Source: Cyanophora paradoxa CCMP329
Taxonomy: Eukaryota; Plantae; Glaucophyta
Length of the DNA stretch: 64,000 nt
NCBI GenBank assembly: GCA_004431415.1
Contig: QPMI01000658.1
Span: 62,001 to 126,000, forward strand
Direction: 5' to 3'
Shown: positions 1-10,200 of the stretch, piece after piece
How positions within the stretch are numbered: position 1 is the first letter of the stretch
Layout of the letters: each line of letters starts with the position of its first letter
Position numbers and translations under genes: made by a program
The notes under the pieces: generated by a model
What the model was told of the DNA's origin: nothing
Databases searched by the model: none
What the model saw: only the letters and a program-made list of their open reading frames with translations

Positions 1-380
1 GTATGATAGTACTACCGTACTACTACGGTACTCGCGATCGGATCGGAGGCTCGGATCCAGAGGCTGCGCATGCGGACCCGTGAGCTCGAGGCTGTTAACG
101 TTCCGAAGTTCCAAACTTCAGGCCGGGCTTCCAGTCTCCCGGGGCCCAGACTCTGAGACTCCCGCCGTCTCCCGGATCCGGACTCCGGACCGGAGTCCCC
201 GGGCCCAGCGCTAGCCGGCTCAGAGCCTCGCCGAGTTGGCTCGGCCCTAGCTATAGCCTATAGGCCTTAGCTGCAGCCTGGCAGGCCGCTCCAGTCTCCC
301 AGATCGTCCCAGACTCCCAGGCTCCGGATCATGGTCCATTGATAATTAACAGGTTATAAAATCCGGCCCTCCCTTAGGCG

Positions 381-575
381 AAATAACAGAGTCCCAAATT
401 AACAGACTGTGAAAATTCGGGCTTGTATGGGGCGGTAATATTGGGGGGTAGGTTGTATGGGTCGACTGAACGGCAGCGAATTAGCAGTCCCAAATTAACA
501 GACTATGTCAAAATTTCGGTCTGTTAATTTGAGACTCTGTTATTTAAGTGAGCCCAGTAATTATGTGTTCTACGG
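381..575. repeat. Host MITE-like repeat copy 1 (end of a probable TA-targeting DNA transposon)
   Basis: 423-580 is the diverged reverse complement of about 30788-30947. It ends ...GTGTTCTACGG|TA and carries the internal motif AACAGAGTCCCAAATTAACAGAC in both orientations. Confidence 0.6.
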
Positions 576-920
576 TACGTAAGCACTACGTAGTTAAAAC
601 ATGATGGTGATGTCACGCTTTGCATGATGTCAGGTTAATTTCGAAGTAATTTCGAGTCTCTACGTAGCTATATAGCGCGGGCGCTAATTCTTTACGATTA
701 GCGCCCGTCATCGGAAGCTACGTTCTTACGATTTCTAGTGAAACAGCCAATGGGATGCCAGTGCCGGATGGGTACGCAAAGTATCAGCACACTACGAGCT
801 CGGAGGCTAGTCGGAGCAAGCGACACCCAGACGGCACTTACATCATGATGGCATCACACTTTTTTCCCCACAGTTAATTTTCACTACGTATACGTAGCTA
901 TAGTGGGCGACAGCGAAACA

Positions 921-997
921 CAGCCTATGTCAAAATCTCGGTCTGTTAATTTGGGACTCTGTTAATAAAGTGCGAACAGTATTTAGGTGTTACACGG
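921..997. repeat. Host MITE-like repeat copy 2 (terminal fragment)
   Basis: Similar to about 499-575; ends ...GTGTTACACGG|TA. Confidence 0.55.
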
Positions 998-999
998 TA

Positions 1000-1370
1000 T
1001 TTATAATATATTAACGTACGGTGCTGGTAAGCGTGCGCACGGTACTGGCGAGCCAGGGATTTGCACCCATTGGTCGATTTCCATGTGGTATATCATTCGT
1101 CGGAGTGCTTTAATTGTTTTTACAAAAAACGATTTTTTGAACACAGGTTCTGAATGTGTGTAGTAAGTGTTGCATGCTGGCCGGGAGCCTGGCCCATTAA
1201 TATTAATATTGCTGGGCCATTGCTGGCCCCCATTGCATATTGCTGGGGCTTCCGGGACTCGGGAGGACCGGGCCCGGACTCCGGGAATCCGGATCATCGG
1301 ATCTGGGATCTGGATTCTGGATCCCACGGATATATCTCGATTCCGGGATTTTCTTTCAAGTGCTAGTACT
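1000..1370. repeat. Host interspersed repeat, left half (interrupted by the virus)
   Basis: Aligns with about 37598-37993 (e.g. CACCCATTGGTCGATTTCCATGTGGTATATCATTCGTCGGAGTGCTTTAATTG). Similarity stops at AGTACT 1365-1370 and resumes at AGTACT 30577-30582. Confidence 0.85.
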
Positions 1371-1382
1371 GACTCAGTGATC

Positions 1383-1629
1383 GGTCGGTTTGCAGTGAAC
1401 CTCACAGTTAAAACCCCGCATCGCATTAATAGACCTCATCGATAATCAAAGCAATTTACGATCGATTCCTTACCAATGCCCGATAGGAATCGTAAATTGC
1501 TCACTTTTCATCAACCCTCGATCAAAAACCATGACCCCCTACCTATGCCTCTCATATATATCTATCGACTTTATTGATAAATCACATTTTCTCTCTTTAC
1601 CCATGACCCCCTCCCTGTGGTTTTACTGT
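1383..1629 (+). repeat. Left terminal inverted repeat (247 bp)
   Basis: Reverse complement of 30254-30500 with one mismatch seen (1564). Starts GGTCGGTTTGCAGTGAAC. Confidence 0.97.
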
Positions 1630-1663
1630 GAAAATGAATGAAATCAATTATATTTGAATTCAA

Positions 1664-2784
1664 TTACAACTGGTGACGCGGATCCGGACCCTCAGAAAGG
1701 GGAGAGTGGTCATAAACGTAAGGGATAATGTAATTCTCCGCATCTTCTTCAGTAATCGATAGAGCTTTGAAACGGTCACCATCGATTTCAACCTTGATGA
1801 AGAAAGAAGGATACGGGAAGGTCTTCTGCTTTGCCCAGCTCACCTCGTAGATCGCCACACCTCTTTTCTGTGTATTGCTCAGTCGTAAATCGCGTTAAAA
1901 CTGAATATGAAGCTTACCATATTATCCTCACGCTCGAAGATGGGCAGAGGCTTGAGAAGGAGATGGCAGTTCTTCTTGAAATTCTTGAATGCCTCGACAC
2001 ACTGCAAACGATCAGATTGGGCTATCACAGTGAAATGACAGCTTACCGATGTCACACTTGACCAGTTGATTGCGTCCTTCAACCCTTGATCCGTGCTTCG
2101 GAAGATGGTCATGAGAAAATTGATGACCACGAGCTGTTCCAGCTTCGCCCAGATCGTGATCTGCAGATCACGTCAATCGCTAGCATCGCGATTGCAGTGA
2201 GAGACTCACCTTATCGCCCTTTAACCCCTTCGGCTTCGGCTCCGTTTTCGGCTCCGTTTTCGGCTTCGCAGGCGCCGGCTGCGATCGAAAACGTTAATTA
2301 CATCGATTTGCGCATGCGCAGCAACGTGCCTCGGAAGGCCCAGCCTGGGGCTGCGGGGGATCGGGAACCGCAGGGGCAGCGGGGGCAGCGCCATCACTCC
2401 CGCGGTTGCTCGCGCGCTTCGCCTTCCGCTTCTCGGCCTTCTTCATATTCTGCTTCACCTTCTTGATCGTCTGTTCGAAACGCAATCGTGAGTAAATTTT
2501 CGACGCGCAATAAATCAAGCGCAACGAACCAGCTGATCCAGCCGGTCAATTACATCTTCGAGCTGACTCTCCGTCATTTCGAGCCGCTGCTGCTGCTCCG
2601 TGATCTGCTCTCTCTGCCGCTCGATCTGCTGCTGCTGCTCGCGATAACGACGGCGGAGTTCGGCGACATCGAGATCCTCAGCCGTCTGCTCCATAGGTGA
2701 GTCCTCGGACTCCTGGCTATCCGCTGGAGGCGCGGGGGCCTTCGGGGGCGCCTTCGTGGGCGCCTTCCCCTTGCGGTCGCTCAT
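1664..2784 (-). CDS. Spliced 6-exon gene, 288-aa hypothetical protein (N-terminal coiled coil, K/P-rich linker, globular C-terminus)
   Basis: Exons 2784-2530, 2470-2330, 2278-2210, 2160-2047, 2001-1918 and 1867-1664. All five introns are phase 0, 45-59 nt long, with donors GTTCGT, GCACGT, GTGAGT, GTAAGC, GTAAGC and CAG acceptors. Splicing joins the four small ORF-track fragments into one uninterrupted ORF. Confidence 0.85.
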
Positions 2785-3423
2785 CTTTGAGTGCGTGCAG
2801 CTAGGCGATCGAAGGCAGTTAGATACTAGTATCGAGCGCTAGAGCTAATTCGCGATCGCGTTAACGACTAAGAGCCATGCGCCGTCTCTGCCTAAGAGCC
2901 ATCGCCGTCTCGAATTTTTTCATGCTGCAGAACTCATTTTAAATTTGATTGGTCGCCAGTGACGAAATTAAAAGTTGTGATAGTTTAATCAATGTGAGGT
3001 TATAACTTTGACATGTATATATGCATGTAGTAAATTAATTTAACATAGAGTAACCTTTTTCAGTTGAATTCTTTGGAAGAATTAATTATGACTCACCAGT
3101 GGCTCATCGATGATGATTTCTTCATAAATAATCATCAATGACTCACCGACGGCTCACCGGTGAATCATCGATAGATAGCGCTGTACCCAGCAAAGGCTGT
3201 CGTACCCAACCGCGCAGCAGCCCTGCCGCCGAAGAAGCATTTCACGCCCGAGGAGAAGCGCCGGGCAAACACAGAGGCTGCTGCTCGATACCGGCAGCGA
3301 TTGCGCGAGCAAGCTGAACTTGGGCGCCTGTTTCTCTCGGGGGCGCTGACCTCGGACCCACCATCGCCGGCCGCAGCCCAGCCCGTTCAGTTCAGCTCTC
3401 CAGTAGCTACGCAATCGCGCAAC
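2785..3423. promoter_or_regulatory. Divergent promoter region between the two spliced genes
   Basis: AT-rich core. Duplicated ATGACTCACC..GGCTCA units contain TGACTCA at 3089-3095 and 3139-3145; ATTGG (CCAAT) near 2948; duplicated CTAAGAGCCAT(G)CGCCGTCTC at 2868-2911. Confidence 0.5.
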
Positions 3424-4301
3424 ATGGCCGCCCGCGCCCCAGCCCCGCAGTCAGACGTCGACATGGCGACGGCGTCGCTCGCTGGTGTCCAGCTCTCGCC
3501 CGCAGCGGCGGCCTCTTCTGCGCAGCGGAACAGGTGCAATTAACGATTTCCTACACGCCTATGCAGAGCGCGCCCCGAGATTCCCAGCCTGCGTCGACTT
3601 AGCTAACTTCGCGCCCGCGCAGTGCTGCGGACCTGACCACCAAGGAGCAGCTCGTCGTGGCTTACGAAGCGTGCGCCCTGCATCCTCTCTGCGCTCTCTC
3701 TGCGCCCGCGCCGCGCCCCCCGACCCCGCAGAGCAGCCAGATCGCGGAAATGCAGGCCAAGTTTTTCAGCATGGAGGCGAAGCTGCAGGCTAAGGATGAG
3801 GAACTCGCCGCCGTCGGCTCGCAGCTCAACCGTGCCAAGAGCAACAAGGAGAGCTACGAAGCGCTGGCCAAGCAAACCACGATGATGGTGAGCCTCCGCC
3901 CTTTTCCCAAGCTGCCCCCTGAGCTTTGTGCAGAATTTGGGCATCAAGGAGGCGGTGGCGGAGCTGGCGAAGCGCATCCCCGACATCGTCGACAAGCAGG
4001 ACGCGGTGCGCGCTGGCTCTCGCCCCCCTTTAAGCCCCTCAAGGCCTGCTGCAGCTGCTGACCCCCTCCCTTGCCTTAGACCAATGCTACTGCTGCTGGG
4101 GAGGGGGAGACCAACGTCTACCCCCCGATCACCGAGTTGATCGTGCTGACGGAGTTCTGCAAGCTGAAGGGCCTGGACGCCCTCAAGAAGGCAGTGGGGC
4201 TTAACAAGCCCGAGAATTGGGCAGTTGTGATCGCGAAGCTCAAGGAAGCTCGCGAGAAAGCTAGGCTCTGGTACCGCCAGTACAGCGATAAGACCATCTA
4301 A
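3424..4301 (+). CDS. Spliced 5-exon gene, 200-aa coiled-coil hypothetical protein
   Basis: Exons 3424-3533, 3623-3670, 3737-3887, 3934-4005 and 4080-4301 (603 nt). GT-AG introns of 89, 66, 46 and 74 nt with branch-like GCTAAC/GCTGAC. The spliced ORF is continuous (...DLTTKEQLVVAYEA|QIAEMQAK...TTMM|NLGIK...KQDA|TNATAAG...YSDKTI*). Confidence 0.8.
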
Positions 4302-4345
4302 ATATATAAAAATGCATACCCAGTTCGTTTTTTTTGACTTTTCGT

Positions 4346-4933
4346 TTAGATCTCGATAGCTAGCAGTTCAAGACTTGTCATGTTTTCGAGTATCTCATAA
4401 TAAAGTTTAGCCTGATTCTCACTCAATTCGTCCTCGCATTCAAGATCTGCAAACACTTCGCTCTCGGTTCCAATCATACCGGACTCGTCCTCTAGCCTGA
4501 ATCGCTCGAGCTTGAAGCTGGCCTCATCGAATACATACTGATCCCCATCTTCGAGTTGAACTACGATCCTATTCTGCATGTGTTTGGGGAACATATCGCC
4601 GCGAGTCCACACGTATATATTCTCGATTCGTTTAGCGAACCCCTGTTTGCAGATCGCTTCGACGATCCACTGCAATTCATCCTCAGAGAGTTCAAACTCC
4701 CGTGTCTCATCTTCTAGATCAATCACATCCCCCCACGATTCAATATCGAGTGTCCGCAGCCTCTCGTAATCGATGGTCGAAGCATCGACCTTGAATACAT
4801 CCTCCGTGCAACACCATACGTCACTCTCGCATCGCCAGCAGCCGAAAGAGCAGACCGAGCAGCCGATCGAGTTCTCGGACCCGCAGTCCGAGCCACACTC
4901 AGAGCCAGAGTAGTCAGAGTCGTCCGAAGCCAT
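4346..4933 (-). CDS. Hypothetical acidic protein with Cys-rich N-terminus (195 aa)
   Basis: Intact ATG ORF with a CSVC..CWRC..CC cluster; no family recognised. Confidence 0.7.
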   Translation of the reverse strand: MASDDSDYSGSECGSDCGSENSIGCSVCSFGCWRCESDVWCCTEDVFKVDASTIDYERLRTLDIESWGDVIDLEDETREFELSEDELQWIVEAICKQGFAKRIENIYVWTRGDMFPKHMQNRIVVQLEDGDQYVFDEASFKLERFRLEDESGMIGTESEVFADLECEDELSENQAKLYYEILENMTSLELLAIEI

Positions 4934-5330
4934 TGCGTTCCGATCCGATTGAGTGGCCGAGAGAGTTTGACTCGAATCAAATTTTCGCCCCCCTGTATGG
5001 CGCGGCTCTACGAAAATTATCGAGGCGGTCGTTTACTTGGCGTTTACCCGGTCGGTACGTACCCGGATCCCGGTTCCGGCCCGAATCAAATTTTTGACCC
5101 CCACTATGGGGTGGGTCTACAAATATTTTCTAGCGGGCTTGCCATACGGCTTGACACGCGGCTTGAACAGCGGCTAGGCCAAGCCGTCAAAAAGCTTTGT
5201 CACAAAATTATCGAAATTATCTCAGGCCCGGCCTGGCCCGGGCCGGCTGGCAGTCGGTGCCAGAGCTTGGTTTTGGCCCGGTGGTTTTCAATTGGCTACA
5301 TGTCGCCAATCAGAATTAACCGAGTCTCCA

Positions 5331-5452
5331 ACCGTCAACCGTAAAAAAAGTCAAAACGCGGACCGTCAACCGTTTAAAAAAAGTCAAGTCGTGGACCGTC
5401 AACATTCGACTTCGAGTTGAACGACATGAACGTTTCGACTTCGAGCTAAACG
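5331..5452. repeat. Short tandem repeats in the viral non-coding region
   Basis: ACCGTCAACCGT(T)AAAAAAAGTCAA..CG.GG about 2.3 times, then TTCGACTTCGAG twice. Confidence 0.75.
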
Positions 5453-5503
5453 AAATGAATAAAAAACGAAAAACAAAAAAATAAAAAATAAAAATGAAAA
5501 TTT

Positions 5504-5836
5504 TCACTCCTTTTTCCTAGCGCCGGCCCCCACTTGTACTTTATCGTAGGTCAGTGTTAATGGGTTATCAATACCCGATACGAACCATAGCTTATGATCA
5601 GGATCCCACTTGGCTCCACCCTTCTTAGCCTCCTCGCGATCCTCGAACGGGATTTTCAAATAAATTTTTTTATTTTTGCGCATTAATTCCGAAACGGCCA
5701 CGGTACTATAGGTAGATAGAAGCTTATGTTCCGGCTCAGTTACATACCAGCATTTATGCTTCATATCCCATTTAGCCCCAAGGGCTTTAGCTTCATCTTT
5801 TTGTTCAAAAGGGACCTCAATATAGATTTTCTCCAT
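5504..5836 (-). CDS. Tandem DUF5710-like domain protein (110 aa)
   Basis: Two copies of the motif: IYIEVPFEQKDEAKALGAKWD...WYV and IYLKIPFEDREEAKKGGAKWD...WFV. Confidence 0.8.
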   Translation of the reverse strand: MEKIYIEVPFEQKDEAKALGAKWDMKHKCWYVTEPEHKLLSTYSTVAVSELMRKNKKIYLKIPFEDREEAKKGGAKWDPDHKLWFVSGIDNPLTLTYDKVQVGAGARKKE

Positions 5837-5862
5837 TTCCTACTATACGAATATATAAAATT

Positions 5863-7230
5863 TTACCTGGTTCGGATCCTAGTACTAGCCCTTATAGCTG
5901 GAGCCTTATCATAGGATGCTACAGCCTCTGCCCCACCGGCTAATTTCTCGGTTCCGGCTACTCTTAGATTCGCTAGCTCCCTTGAAACCCTCTTTGTTCT
6001 CTGGACCCTATCCTCGATCAAGCTGCCCTTTGGGACTGATTCGGCCGGATCTATGCCCTCTCTGTGGATCTGTCTAATTGCTGCGGCCTCCTGCCTCACT
6101 GTATCCACTGTACTTGCGGAAGGCTCAACGATTGCTTCAACTTCCGATATGATCTGCAGCTCATGAGGCTTGAAGATTCGATTCAAAGGTACACCCTGGG
6201 CATCTACGACCTGGATTCCATTCCCGGCCCTTCCTGCAATCTTGTAGACCTCTCGACTGTATCTCTGAGTGGCCCCCTTGTCAAACTTAGACCTAGGCAG
6301 CAAGACTCGAACGAACAGGCCGGGCTTGAATTTCTCGAAGATATCATCAACAATTGCTTTCTTTTTCGATAAAATGAAACTGCGAATGCGAGCCATATCC
6401 TCTAACCTAACATCTATTGGTCGCATACCTATAGTCCTATTAACACTGGAATTATAATTCAGAACAAAGTCCTCTAGCTTATCCATAAACTTGACTGTGT
6501 TGAAAGCGATGCAGTAGTTATTGATCATCGTTTTGAGGGTCAAATGGAATCGATTCATGATGCCTAAACTCGTGTGATCCCCAGCCTGTTTAAACCTATG
6601 CTCGATTCCAAACTCCTGGATCACTGCCTGGAACTCTTTCGCTTTAAACTCGGAACCCAAATCAGTCTCTAACACCCTCATTGGAGCGGGAAGCTCACCC
6701 AATACCTCTCTAAATGCAGTCGCAACACTGACTCCCTCTTTATTCTTTAATTTCTTAGCGTAAGCCCTCCTGCTCGTGATCTCAATAAGAGTGAGTACCG
6801 CAATGTACCCCGCATTGTACTTTCCGTAAGATAAATAGAATATCAGATCGGCCTGGTAGGTCCAGGGTGGAGCTGTGATTGGAATGAATGTGGACTGCGA
6901 TGCTGGGGGTGGCTTCTTGTTAATCTGCATAAACTCTTGCTTTTCTGCAACCTCTTTGACCTCGTTATAAGTAACACTCGGATCCTCTTTCTTCAGCTCC
7001 TGATAGATCGTATGGGGATGCTTGTAACCTGTTTTAGGATCGTACATTCGCCTAACTATTTTATTCGAAGCCGGACTCACGGTTTTAAAAGGGACATCCC
7101 CTACTACATTTACCTTTGCTTCTCTTTTACTAATTCTGCCTTCTACTCTCTCTGTATCTGGGATCGGAATGGGGAGCAGGGTCGTTTCGGTCTCATCCCC
7201 AGCCCCTCGCCTCACTATTTTCGATGCCAT
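5863..7230 (-). CDS. Retroviral-type (rve) integrase of the Polinton/virophage kind
   Basis: YQADL, ITSRRAY, LETDLGSEF, GIMNRFHLTLK, NYNSSVNRTIGMRP and an SH3-like tail (FKPGLFVR...YSREVYKI). First ATG at 7230; the ORF-track start at 7245 is TTG. Confidence 0.92.
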   Translation of the reverse strand: MASKIVRRGAGDETETTLLPIPIPDTERVEGRISKREAKVNVVGDVPFKTVSPASNKIVRRMYDPKTGYKHPHTIYQELKKEDPSVTYNEVKEVAEKQEFMQINKKPPPASQSTFIPITAPPWTYQADLIFYLSYGKYNAGYIAVLTLIEITSRRAYAKKLKNKEGVSVATAFREVLGELPAPMRVLETDLGSEFKAKEFQAVIQEFGIEHRFKQAGDHTSLGIMNRFHLTLKTMINNYCIAFNTVKFMDKLEDFVLNYNSSVNRTIGMRPIDVRLEDMARIRSFILSKKKAIVDDIFEKFKPGLFVRVLLPRSKFDKGATQRYSREVYKIAGRAGNGIQVVDAQGVPLNRIFKPHELQIISEVEAIVEPSASTVDTVRQEAAAIRQIHREGIDPAESVPKGSLIEDRVQRTKRVSRELANLRVAGTEKLAGGAEAVASYDKAPAIRASTRIRTR

Positions 7231-7248
7231 CCTATAACTATACAAATT

Positions 7249-10200
7249 CTATTTTTTGCTGCTGTTGCATCCTTGATGAGCCAGCTTGCAGTTCGACTTG
7301 ATGTGAGCCTCTTTATTATTAATCCTATCAACAGTAAGCCTGTACCTTAGATCCTTTGCCTGAAGGGAAAGGGGTTCGGTACACAGAGAGCAGATTCGCT
7401 TCTGCTCCTTGAGCTGCTCAATGATCCACTCGGGTGTAATATAATCATCATCATTATAATCTCGACCCGCTTTCTGATCCTGGCACTTGTAAGCCCGAAC
7501 CTTGGCCTTCAGATGCTCGAAGATCTCGGATTTAGCCTCGAACTTGTGGAGCTTGGTGTAAATGAGAATCTCGCTCAAATCTCGGTTGCGAGTCAGAGCA
7601 GTCCAGAACCACTCAGGAGTAACATGGCAGAACGAGGCCTCACAAACGACAATGCCCGAATCGTAGGTGAGTCCTTGAACACTGTGGCATGTTCCAGCAT
7701 AGGGTAGGTTGAACTTTTCCAACAGAGCAGTGGGGAGAGAGAACTGGGTCCCATCAAACACATCCTCCAAAGTGACCTGGTTCCGATTGATATCGACTAT
7801 GGTATAACTGTAATTAGTGAAAGCCGCTACTTTCTCATCTTTTTTACCTCGGGTCACACAGATATATTCACGACAAACGATTTCGATTCCTTTGAAAAAA
7901 TTGATTCCGTTCACAAGGATCCCCTCGGTTTCGGGGTATATACGTTTATGCATGGTTCGGTTGTACAGGTAAGCCATCTCGTTTCTATAGCATATAGCCC
8001 TGTAGGAATCAGGAATTTCGTTTAGATCAGTTGCAGTTCTGAATCCGTATTTATTTACTATTTCTGTAGGAGCAAGTCCGTTCTCAAAGAGATCGACCTT
8101 GATTGCTTTCAGCTTCTCTCGATCCTCAGGCTTGCGATGCCTCTTGTTGATCATCAGCTGCAGTGTGTTGGGGAAGATGCTTGAGATAGCATCGCTGTAA
8201 TATTGTTTGGGGTCAGCCACAGCAAGAGCATCATTTATGGGAGCGTTTTGGTGGGGGTCTCCATTGCAGTAGAATTTCTTATCCGAATACTTGTTTATGA
8301 ATTTTTTGATCTTTGCAAGGTCCTTTACTTTATAGGCATAGACCTCATCGAATACTACATGGGAAAAGCCTTCCATAAACTCATTGACCTGTGAAGCCGA
8401 TAGGGCCTCTTCACAGGTTTGCTCATTTGAGACTCGCAGACCCAGAACACTGTACAGGGTGGCCACCTCAATGCGGCTTGCAGCTTCGGGCTTCCCCAAT
8501 CTGATGCCCATTTCTTTCAGAGAGCATCGGAACTCGGCCGCTTGTTTGTTGTAGGGGCAAACTATGAGTCCGTTGATGTCATTTTTTAGCAGGTAGACCA
8601 TCAATCCGGTCGACTTTCCGGCTCCTGGAAGCATTCCAAGGGTATTGACATGATTGAACTCATTGTAAACCTTGGTATAAGCGTCCGAATCAAATTCGTT
8701 TCGAAGGCAGAAGGAATTGATATTCGAAAGGGGATCCTCAATTTTAATAGGCTTCGGGAGGGTCCGAATGCGAATGGGGTTCATTGGGGCTTCTTGTTCG
8801 GAATATAGGAGAAGCGACCAATGTTGGCAAAGCTATTACGATCAAAGGGCTTTGAGCTATACCTTCCTTTGATATACAGGCAATCAGTGTGGATTCCCAC
8901 GACCTCGTAACCTTTGCTTTTGAGTTCCTTGTACTTGTCATACATTTCGCTGCGAACTCGATCGTACATTGCGAACTGGATCGGAAGGAACCCGTTAATG
9001 AGATCCTTTTGAGAATCAGTTCTCACATAATAGATGTGGCCATCGAAATCCGAAAGGTTCTTGACCAGAGTATCAGTTTTCGCACCAAAGGTGAATACTT
9101 CCACCATTCCGCCCACCTGCTGGGCATAGATATCAGCCTCGGACTTTTTGCAGAACAACCTGGTCTTGGATCGCTTATCGAGTCGCTTTCCTAGCAGACC
9201 AATCACTTCTACGAGAGTAGCCTTTTTCTCGCGAGGATTCAGGTCGCTTGACATTATTTTCTGGATCAGCCTTTTTGAGGGGTTGCTTACGAAAAATGAT
9301 GGGCGGTTGTAGCCTGTAATAGTCACGAGATCCTTGATGTCCTCCCAGTGACGCTTCAGAGTGTACCCTGTGATCAAGTTCGAGTAGGATGCAGCCTTAT
9401 AACGATCGAGCAGGATCTGAATTCCTGGATCGCAGATGCGGGATTTGTATCCTACTGGCTCATCATCAATATCCTCTTCGTATGTATCCACTCCTTGCAT
9501 GTAGGTTCCAGTATCGAACTGCTGCACATCAATCACATAGAAGGTATCCTCCTCGATTGGGTGACCATCATAGGGGCGGATACCATCGAAAATATTGAAT
9601 ACTGGAAGCTTCTCGATCTTGCTAATAACAGCTGGGTAGCATTTGCACATATCCACTGCAGTGTATTTAGTTCCTGGCTTCGGCTTAATGAAATAGCCAT
9701 TCAGAGCAGAGCGATTGTAATTAATAAGGGCTGTTCGGAAGCCCTCCTCGTACTGTGAAATTGTGTCGGTGTTAATCAGGGCTTCCTTGAATTCTTGACG
9801 AATGGATTGGACCTTTTTGTAGTAAGCCTCAGTCTCGAACTCACACTGTACCATGTGATCAGAAACCGAGGGATTAAATACGGAAAAGAATATTCCACTC
9901 GCTTTGAAGATCAGGGTTTTGATCTGTCCCCTTTCATTCCGAGCTTTGGTTCGTATTGAAGGCGATCCAAGAAAGTGAACAGAAGCTCATCCATGGACCC
10001 AGTGTAAACGATTCGGACTGTAGCTTTCTCCTTATCAGCTTTCAATCCCATGGTCGCAATCTTGAGCAGATCAGCAGGTGTGTGGGCGAACATATCGTAT
10101 TGTTTGGTCTCTGTGATTTGATAGGATGAGTTCAGCGAAGCTTCGGTTGGGTTTTCGGTTTCCAGGTCCATTTTCTTGAAATTCTTCTCGAGGGCTTTGA

